Shown: positions 8,157 to 13,501 of the stretch, piece by piece | Layout of the letters: the number at the start of each line of letters is the position of its first letter | Numbering within the stretch: the first letter of the stretch is position 1 | Assembly: GCA_964640155.1 (NCBI GenBank) | Contig: CAZXEQ010000001.1 | Span: 366,403 to 398,402 of the forward strand | DNA: 32,000 bases | Source: an uncultured bacterium | GTDB lineage: Bacteria; Auribacterota; JACPWU01 | Direction of reading: 5' to 3' | Program-made: the position numbers and the translations under genes | Notes under the pieces: generated by a model | What the model saw: the letters and a program-made list of their open reading frames with translations, nothing else | What the model was told of the DNA's origin: nothing | Databases searched by the model: none

Positions 8157-8211
8157 AAGGAGGCCAGAAGTATAAGAAAATTATGTACGTATAGCCTAAT
8201 ATGGCCTCCTT
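8157..8211. repeat. Perfect 10-bp inverted repeat with a 35-nt spacer
   Basis: AAGGAGGCCA (8157-8166) pairs with TGGCCTCCTT (8202-8211). Each arm reads as a Shine-Dalgarno-like AAGGAGG on one strand, but no start codon follows on either strand. Confidence 0.4.
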
Positions 8212-8256
8212 AGAATTTAATGTTTAGGATTCCCCCGTTGTATAATGTCCAAAGTC

Positions 8257-8305
8257 TGTAAAAAAAGAGCCAAGAATGTTCAGCTTAAAAACATCCTTGG
8301 CTCTT
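8257..8305 (-). terminator. Rho-independent terminator ending the CsgG-like operon
   Basis: On the minus strand, AAGAGCCAAG-(21-nt loop)-CTTGGCTCTT forms a 10-bp perfect stem. A TTTTTTT run follows immediately. It lies about 40 nt after the stop at 8344. Confidence 0.7.
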
Positions 8306-8343
8306 AAATAATCTAACAATCAATCCTTCATTCCCTGAATTCC

Positions 8344-9327
8344 TTAGGGCTCATTCTCAAACTTCAGAATATCTCCTCTCTGAAATCCAGCACCACCCAC
8401 AGCACTTGCAATGGAGAATTTGTCTTGCACTTGAAGAATTTGAATACGACCAACTTTGGTCAATTCAGATCCTAAACTCATACCAGACTCAGGATCTACC
8501 AATTCCTCACCTGCTTTGTAAACATTCATCATATCTCCATTAGAAATACCTGCATTGGCTCCAGCATTGACAAAAACCTTTCCATCTGGTTTCACATCAA
8601 CAATACGACCAGACCATGGAATATTTTGCATTCGGCTAACAATAAAAAACACTGCTTTGCTAATAGCCATTTGACATGCTTTGCCCAAAGGTGTTCTATC
8701 AAAACCACCTCCACCAAAAGCAAAATCTCTATCTGTATAAGAGAAAGATAAACCTCCCTCTTCAGCAATACCTTCACAACGTTGAGAATCAAGAACCTGC
8801 CCTGTGGTTGTATCATAAATACGAATATTCACAGCCACCTTGGCTCTTGCAGAATTTCCTCCTATCGTAAAACCCTTCACAGAAAAACCTCCGCCTTCAC
8901 CACCACCAGAAGCTTCAAACTCTGTGACAGCTCCACTGATCATAATCTGAGCTTTCAAGATTTTACCGATTTTAGCAGCTTCTCCACCCGCAGTACGGCC
9001 ACTTACACCAAAATCTTGCTCAGTAATCACTTTTTCAATCTCAGGTCTTTCAACCACAATAAATCGACCACTGGCAATCAATGAGGTAGTTAACATTTCA
9101 GCCATACCGTTTCCTAAATCCCATTTAGCAAATTGCCCAGCTTTGTTCTCAAAGCTACCTACAGCAATGGTTTTTTTAGGTCCCATGGGAGCTGGCAATG
9201 CAACTACAGGAGCTGCATGAACAGGACGACCACGAGCGGGACGTCGATCATAGCTAAAGCCTAAAGACTGAATTAAAAAAACAATGAGAAACCCTCCTAA
9301 AATACTTCTTATCATTCTGACACACAT
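8344..9327 (-). CDS. CsgG-family outer-membrane channel protein with a C-terminal beta-domain extension
   Basis: Collinear with E. coli CsgG as I recall it. TIAVGSFENKAGQF ~ IFVSVYNIQDETGQF. MAEMLTTSLIASGRFIVVERPEIEKVITEQ ~ ATAMLVTALKDSRWFIPLERQGLQNLLNER. The Gly-rich hairpin region AQIMISGAVTEFEASGGGEGGGFSVKG...AKVAVNIRIYDTTTGQVLDS ~ ANIMVEGSIIGYESNVKSGGVGARYFG...IAVNLRVVNVSTGEILSS. About 90 extra C-terminal residues (GRIVDVKPDGKVFVNAGANAGISNGDMMNVY...RGDILKF) follow. AGGAGG RBS 10 nt upstream. Confidence 0.8.
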   Translation of the reverse strand: MCVRMIRSILGGFLIVFLIQSLGFSYDRRPARGRPVHAAPVVALPAPMGPKKTIAVGSFENKAGQFAKWDLGNGMAEMLTTSLIASGRFIVVERPEIEKVITEQDFGVSGRTAGGEAAKIGKILKAQIMISGAVTEFEASGGGEGGGFSVKGFTIGGNSARAKVAVNIRIYDTTTGQVLDSQRCEGIAEEGGLSFSYTDRDFAFGGGGFDRTPLGKACQMAISKAVFFIVSRMQNIPWSGRIVDVKPDGKVFVNAGANAGISNGDMMNVYKAGEELVDPESGMSLGSELTKVGRIQILQVQDKFSIASAVGGAGFQRGDILKFENEP

Positions 9328-9355
9328 GTTAAATACACCTCCTGTTTTTTAAATC

Positions 9356-9394
9356 GTTAATCCGTTTGCCTGTTAACCTGTTTTTCCAGTTAAC
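9356..9394. promoter_or_regulatory. Three GTTAA(C/T) hexamers spaced 16-17 bp apart in the gap before the CsgG-like gene
   Basis: GTTAAT at 9356-9361, GTTAAC at 9372-9377 and GTTAAC at 9389-9394. The function is unknown. Confidence 0.2.
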
Positions 9395-9448
9395 GCTAAG
9401 AACTCTTAGTCTGCTCAACTAACAAACTGGAGAACTAGCTAACTGAGA

Positions 9449-10624
9449 CTATTCTGGTTGAAGCGGTGTTAAATTTTCCCCCGCTGGTTCAGCACCAGCC
9501 GTCCCTATAACTTTCACATCAATTCTGTTCTGTGTTTTCCCTGTAACAGATAAAGAAAGACTTGGCAAACTTTCCAATCTTTCATCGAAATCTTTCCAAA
9601 TGGCGCCATCAACATTCACATCCAAGATAACTACCCCATTGACAAAACTTCTTTCGCTAACACTTTCCACTCCGCGAATGGATTCTAAATCCTTAACAAG
9701 CATGCGGCGTGTTGTAGCATTCGCTCCTTCTGCAATAATTTGTATATTCACCGTATTAAAAGCTTCGCTTCTCATACGATCCACCACTTGAACCATCATT
9801 CTTTCAGCAAGCTGAGCCGCACCCTGACGAAGAGAATCCTTAGCTGTAGGAATACGTCCTCCGCCACGTGCTTCTGAATCAGCTTGATCTGAAACCATGA
9901 CTTCGGCTGTATCTGTTTTAATGGCTTTAGCGGAAATCTGTGAACGATAGGCAAACACAGAAACACCATAAGGTCTAGAATTATCAACCAAATCTGATGT
10001 CGCCTGTCCTACGATCACGATCTCAGCTCCGTATTGACGGCCTAAAGCAGCAGCTTTTTGAGGATCTGCATAACTCAAAGAAGCATCTCTTTCTTTAATC
10101 ATTTGCATTTGAGCTTTATCTACCAAAGGAAACTCTTTCGCCAAAAAAGCTCTTTCCATCTCTGTCTGAGTAACAGCACCTGCTTGTTCCAAACCATCAA
10201 TCAATTCAGAGAAAATAAACATGGTTCTTGGATTCCCACGACGTTTCATCGTAAGTTTAAGCGCCTTGAGATTCTTCTCTAAAAGACCCAATGCAACGGT
10301 CGCTCGTACACGAACAATATAGATTCCACCTTCACCGTGATTATCTCCAATCACTTCATAATTTGTCACATATCCTTTTACATGAGAATAAACTTGATCA
10401 TCCAAAAGTTGAAAATTACTGACCATTGTTTCTGAATCAATAACAGAACCCACTCCTTGTTCGATTGCAGCACGCAAAGCTCGATTCAAAGCCTCATCAT
10501 GAGCTTTAAGATCAGAACCTGCAGCTTTACCTTCAAGCTCAATAATTTTTTCGGATGCTTGTCCCATCACGATGGAACTAACCATCCACACGCTCAAAAA
10601 AAACATGCTTAGTAATCTTTTCAT
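9449..10624 (-). CDS. Secreted FlgT-like three-domain protein (LPP20/FlgT_N-like, then TolB-N/CsgG-like alpha/beta domain, then a C-terminal domain)
   Basis: Signal peptide MKRLLSMFFLSVWMVSSIVMGQA. The N-terminal domain reads AHDEALNRALRAAIEQGVGSVIDSETMVSNFQ...VKGYVTNYEVIGD...GIYIVRVRATV. The middle domain has the PRTMFIFSE...EFPLVDKAQ...ALGRQYGAEIVIVGQATSD pattern, as in CsgG/TolB-N folds. The track start at 10663 lies inside a GC hairpin, so the ATG at 10624 is used. Confidence 0.45.
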   Translation of the reverse strand: MKRLLSMFFLSVWMVSSIVMGQASEKIIELEGKAAGSDLKAHDEALNRALRAAIEQGVGSVIDSETMVSNFQLLDDQVYSHVKGYVTNYEVIGDNHGEGGIYIVRVRATVALGLLEKNLKALKLTMKRRGNPRTMFIFSELIDGLEQAGAVTQTEMERAFLAKEFPLVDKAQMQMIKERDASLSYADPQKAAALGRQYGAEIVIVGQATSDLVDNSRPYGVSVFAYRSQISAKAIKTDTAEVMVSDQADSEARGGGRIPTAKDSLRQGAAQLAERMMVQVVDRMRSEAFNTVNIQIIAEGANATTRRMLVKDLESIRGVESVSERSFVNGVVILDVNVDGAIWKDFDERLESLPSLSLSVTGKTQNRIDVKVIGTAGAEPAGENLTPLQPE

Positions 10625-10662
10625 TTTTAATCTTTCCCTTTCTACCCCAGATTCAAGAACCA

Positions 10663-10688
10663 CTCGCCCCGACGTAAGTCGGGGCGAG
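10663..10688 (-). terminator. Intercistronic GC-rich hairpin (attenuator, processing or stability element)
   Basis: CTCGCCCCGAC-GTAA-GTCGGGGCGAG forms a perfect 11-bp stem with a 4-nt loop. The downstream tract on the minus strand is only weakly U-rich (UGGUUCUUG). Confidence 0.4.
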
Positions 10689-10703
10689 ATGATTCACGCT
10701 TAA

Positions 10704-10841
10704 TTATTCAACCACTTCTTGTTGCTCAACAACTCTTTCGCTTACAACTTCACGATCCGTATGACAAGCACATCCTGTTAAAGTAACCAAAAGAATTCCT
10801 ACATAAGCTACACTCACCCATTTCAAAAGCTTCATAATCAT
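10704..10841 (-). CDS. Small lipoprotein (45 aa), not in the ORF track
   Basis: My translation is MIMKLLKWVSVAYVGILLVTLTGCACHTDREVVSERVVEQQEVVE*. Lipobox L-T-G-C. An AAGGAG RBS lies 4 nt before the first ATG and 10 nt before the third-codon ATG at 10835, which may be the true start. Confidence 0.55.
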   Translation of the reverse strand: MIMKLLKWVSVAYVGILLVTLTGCACHTDREVVSERVVEQQEVVE

Positions 10842-10876
10842 TTAACTCCTTCGTTGAGGGTTTTTGTTTTAATACA

Positions 10877-10918
10877 GTGCTGTGTATGAATCACCCTTAG
10901 GGACTTCACACACAGCAC
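10877..10918 (-). terminator. Intercistronic hairpin after the triple-LPP20 gene
   Basis: GTGCTGTGTATGAA pairs with TTCACACACAGCAC at 13 of 14 positions around a 14-nt loop. No U-tract follows on the minus strand, so this is an attenuator or stability element rather than a full terminator. Confidence 0.35.
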
Positions 10919-10934
10919 ATTTCAAGCAACTTCT

Positions 10935-12275
10935 TTATGAATGATACTGACGAATCTTCTCCCAAAGGCTCGTTAAAGAAATTTGAGCCTCTACTTCAGC
11001 GCTACCATCTTCGAGAAATCGTGGCTCGCTGACCTGAGCACCCGCCAAGAATGTCTGAACTTCAGCTTTAATATTGTCATTCTCAACCGCAAAATCTTGA
11101 ACGGTTGTATCAGAATCAATTTTAACGCCATAGACCATTTCAGCCAAATTTCTCTTGGCATCAATTTCAGCAGCACGAGCAGCAGCTAATTTTCCTTCTG
11201 TTCCACTGCCTTCAGGTGCAATACCTGTTCCTTTTGCACTTACAACCTGACTTGCCCATTCAGGAGATTCTTCAATCGTCTGAGGAGCCATAGCCATAGG
11301 TTCAGGAGCAGGACCATTCTTATATTTCTCAGGAGGAACACCTTCTCCTGTAACGCGAATGTATTTTTTAGGATAGAACTTTACAACTTCCTCAAATCGT
11401 GTCGTTTTTAAATGATCATGTGACCAACGATGATAAGGATCATGATGATGATACCAATCACGAATCGTCGTTAATTCCTTAATAACGGTTTGAATGGCCA
11501 CTTCAACGTCGACTTGGCATATCCCATCTGGCATATAACGATAAGCTCCAACTGTTTTCATGCCTTTGATAAAGGTATCCACTCGTGTTGAAATCTGATC
11601 TGATTCAGCCACAAAATCACGAACATAGGTATCAGCTGTAATCTGAAGACCTTTAATACGTTCAGCCATATTACGATAAGCATCTACCTTTGCAGCTCTT
11701 TCAGCCATCATACGACCCCGGGCAGAAACATTCTCCCATCCAGGTATTCCTGTCGTAGGAGCAGCTAAAGTAGGCTCCACTGGAATTGCGGCAGGTGCTT
11801 CTTGCATTACTTCTGGTGTTTCCCGAGGAGCACCACGACCTGTTTCACGAATCACTTTTAAACGATTGATTGTGACCATCTTATCAAATGAATAAACATG
11901 ACCATGACACAAATGATGGTATGTTTTATAAAAACGTTGAAGTTGTTGAACCAACTCTTGAAGTGTGATTTCAACCGTAACTTCAGCAGATCCATCCTCA
12001 AAATAGCGAGGAGCACCTACTACTCTTGCGCCTTTAAGGAAAGTATCCAAAGAAGTACGAATTTCATCTGCTTCTGCCACAAAATCACGAACATAGGTAT
12101 TGGCATCAATCTTCAAACCTTTGATTCTTTCCGCCAAATTCCGATATCCATCCACAATTGCTGCTCTTTTTGCTAACAACTTCTGCTGCCCTGGCTGTAA
12201 AGCCCAAGACGTAGAACTGATGCTGGCCATAAAAACAGCGGCCAATGCTAGAAAACTTATGACCCTTCTCTTCAT
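10935..12275 (-). CDS. Secreted protein with three tandem LPP20-type domains joined by His/Tyr-rich linkers
   Basis: AGGAG RBS and signal peptide MKRRVISFLALAAVFMASISSTSWA. The three repeats are LAKRAAIVDGYRNLAERIKGLKIDANTYVRDFVAEADEI..., MAERAAKVDAYRNMAERIKGLQITADTYVRDFVAESDQI... and AAARAAEIDAKRNLAEMVYGVKIDSDTTVQDFAVENDNI... The linkers are YKTYHHLCHGHVY and DWYHHHDPYHRWSHDH. Confidence 0.7.
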   Translation of the reverse strand: MKRRVISFLALAAVFMASISSTSWALQPGQQKLLAKRAAIVDGYRNLAERIKGLKIDANTYVRDFVAEADEIRTSLDTFLKGARVVGAPRYFEDGSAEVTVEITLQELVQQLQRFYKTYHHLCHGHVYSFDKMVTINRLKVIRETGRGAPRETPEVMQEAPAAIPVEPTLAAPTTGIPGWENVSARGRMMAERAAKVDAYRNMAERIKGLQITADTYVRDFVAESDQISTRVDTFIKGMKTVGAYRYMPDGICQVDVEVAIQTVIKELTTIRDWYHHHDPYHRWSHDHLKTTRFEEVVKFYPKKYIRVTGEGVPPEKYKNGPAPEPMAMAPQTIEESPEWASQVVSAKGTGIAPEGSGTEGKLAAARAAEIDAKRNLAEMVYGVKIDSDTTVQDFAVENDNIKAEVQTFLAGAQVSEPRFLEDGSAEVEAQISLTSLWEKIRQYHS

Positions 12276-12358
12276 TTTGTTTCTCCTTTTTCTTTGTATT
12301 ACAGTCTAACTCATTCCCTAAAGGGCTATGAGAATCTTTCACTCATTATCTTATAAAA

Positions 12359-12883
12359 CTACTTATTCCACTCCACCCACGCTTCTTCAGAAATGGTTTC
12401 CACTTTTCGATCTACCGTGTATATATGGACACCAAAATCTTTCACTCTCTTGATAATCCATACTTCATTCTTAGATTCAGGAAAACGAATATCTAATGCA
12501 AGCTTCACCTGTACACGTCCATCAGGAAGATAGTTCTTTTCAACAACACGAGCCCCACGAATAAATCCTGTTGTCGAAACCATTCCTGTTCCATGATCAA
12601 GAATCGGGTTTAATCGATCCACTGCAGATATCAGGTTACGATAAGCTCTTAACTTTGCAGCACGTTCTGCTAATAATTTTCCTTGAGCTTTCCCTCTTCC
12701 ATGAGGAGCTCGCCCCACACCTACAACTTCAAGAACACCTGTGGAAGAATTTTTTTCGATAGATTCATTTGTTGTCAATGCCACGGTAACAGAAGAATCA
12801 GTTGCTGCCTTAAGTGAGGGGATTCCTCCCCCTAACATAGTCAACAGAAGTATGTTAGATATTATAACTTTTAATATTCTCAT
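12359..12883 (-). CDS. Secreted single-LPP20-domain protein
   Basis: Signal peptide MRILKVIISNILLLTMLGGGIPSLKA. The LPP20 pattern is VVGVGRAPHGRGKAQGKLLAERAAKLRAYRNLISAV...GFIRGARVVEKNYLPDGRVQVKLALD. Confidence 0.6.
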   Translation of the reverse strand: MRILKVIISNILLLTMLGGGIPSLKAATDSSVTVALTTNESIEKNSSTGVLEVVGVGRAPHGRGKAQGKLLAERAAKLRAYRNLISAVDRLNPILDHGTGMVSTTGFIRGARVVEKNYLPDGRVQVKLALDIRFPESKNEVWIIKRVKDFGVHIYTVDRKVETISEEAWVEWNK

Positions 12884-12925
12884 ATCGCAATACCTTTCTA
12901 AAAGCGGAACTCAAGAACAATCGAC

Positions 12926-12947
12926 CCTCTGCATTTTATTGCAGAGG
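12926..12947 (-). terminator. Hairpin immediately after the small Tyr/Arg-rich gene (candidate partial terminator or attenuator)
   Basis: CCTCTGCA-TTTTAT-TGCAGAGG forms an 8-bp stem. On the minus strand a moderately U-rich tract follows (GUCGAUUGUUCUUG). It starts 24 nt after the stop codon. Confidence 0.4.
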
Positions 12948-12970
12948 CTCGAAGTTCAGTTTTTGTATTA

Positions 12971-13255
12971 CTAGCAATCCCTATAATAACCATGTCTATA
13001 GCCATGATGACGATATTCACGATATCCATAATAAGGTCTGTAGACCACTGGACGATACACGACAGGGCGATAAACAGGTTCTTCATAATAATAGCTTCCT
13101 CTGTGGCATGAAGAATCTGCCAAAACTGCACCTGTTACAACTCCTGCAAACGCTCCAGCTGCAAACCACGCTGCATCATCACTGGCTTTTGACTGCTCTG
13201 GTGCTGCAAAAGAAAACAATCCTAATACTACCAAAATAACGATTAACTTTTTCAT
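12971..13255 (-). CDS. Small exported glycine-zipper protein with a Tyr/Arg/His-rich repeat tail
   Basis: AAGGAG RBS and signal peptide MKKLIVILVVLGLFSFAAPEQSKA. GxxxGxxxG zipper (GAFAGVVTG). The 48-residue tail holds 13 Tyr, 8 Arg, 4 His, the repeat PVYR-PVVYR-PVVYR, and Cys at both ends. Confidence 0.7.
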   Translation of the reverse strand: MKKLIVILVVLGLFSFAAPEQSKASDDAAWFAAGAFAGVVTGAVLADSSCHRGSYYYEEPVYRPVVYRPVVYRPYYGYREYRHHGYRHGYYRDC

Positions 13256-13289
13256 TTTAAATCTCCTTTTTTCATCTGGCTATATATTG

Positions 13290-13305
13290 AGCAAGATCAA
13301 TGCCA
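13290..13305 (-). promoter_or_regulatory. Sigma-54 (-24/-12) promoter
   Basis: The minus strand reads TTGGCATTGATCTTGCTC, that is TGGCAT-N5-TTGCT against the consensus TGGCAC-N5-TTGCW with exact GG/GC spacing. It lies about 35 nt upstream of the ATG at 13255. A sigma-54 activator gene is divergent from it. Confidence 0.75.
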
Positions 13306-13368
13306 ATCCAATTAACACATTCCAATAGAACGAGTTATGATATTTTATCTATTTAAGACCTAAAAATA

Positions 13369-13399
13369 TTGTTTCAAAATGGAGCAAATTTTATATAAT
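13369..13399 (+). promoter_or_regulatory. Candidate sigma-70 promoter for the activator gene
   Basis: TTGTTT (13369-13374), then 17 nt, then TATATAAT (13392-13399). Confidence 0.3.
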
Positions 13400-13401
13400 A
13401 A

Positions 13402-13485
13402 CGTTGTGCGTACTGCGGGATGAGTCATGTGCAAAATAAAAAAACCAAATCTTTAAGCTTTCACGCATAGCGCAGCACGCAACAC
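13402..13485. promoter_or_regulatory. TGCGT/ACGCA motif array (candidate enhancer/UAS and/or leader structure)
   Basis: CGTTGTGCGTA (13402-13412), ACGCATAGC (13463-13471) and ACGCAACAC (13477-13485). The two ACGCA units have a 14-nt period. The array lies 97-180 bp upstream of the -24 box and within the presumed leader of the activator gene. The same arrangement occurs upstream of glmS. Confidence 0.4.
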
Positions 13486-13501
13486 GAACGACGAGGGAAA
13501 A

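Noticed and set aside
8238-8250. Extended -10 box TGTATAAT on the plus strand
   Set aside because: There is no plus-strand gene or convincing RNA downstream. The next feature is the minus-strand terminator and the CsgG-like gene. It is likely a chance match in AT-rich spacer DNA, though antisense transcription cannot be excluded.
10625-10663. N-terminal extension MVLESGVERERLK of the FlgT-like ORF
   Set aside because: The extension begins inside the perfect 11-bp GC hairpin at 10663-10688 and would bury the signal peptide. The internal ATG at 10624 gives a canonical MKRLL signal sequence.
13035-13080. 15-nt periodic repeat as a CRISPR-like or microsatellite array (also the two 9-nt ACGCATTAC copies at 17085-17107)
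   Set aside because: The 15-nt units are imperfect, in-frame and encode the PVVYR protein repeat. The ACGCATTAC unit has only two copies. There are no repeat-spacer arrays and no cas genes anywhere in the window.
5034-13255. Reading the cluster simply as a flagellar H-ring/basal-disk locus or as a curli (csg) locus
   Set aside because: No fli, flg or mot genes and no csgA/B/E/F-like genes occur in the 32 kb, and the flanks are LPS and housekeeping genes. This cannot be fully excluded without the rest of the genome, so it is stated as the main refutation test in the findings.
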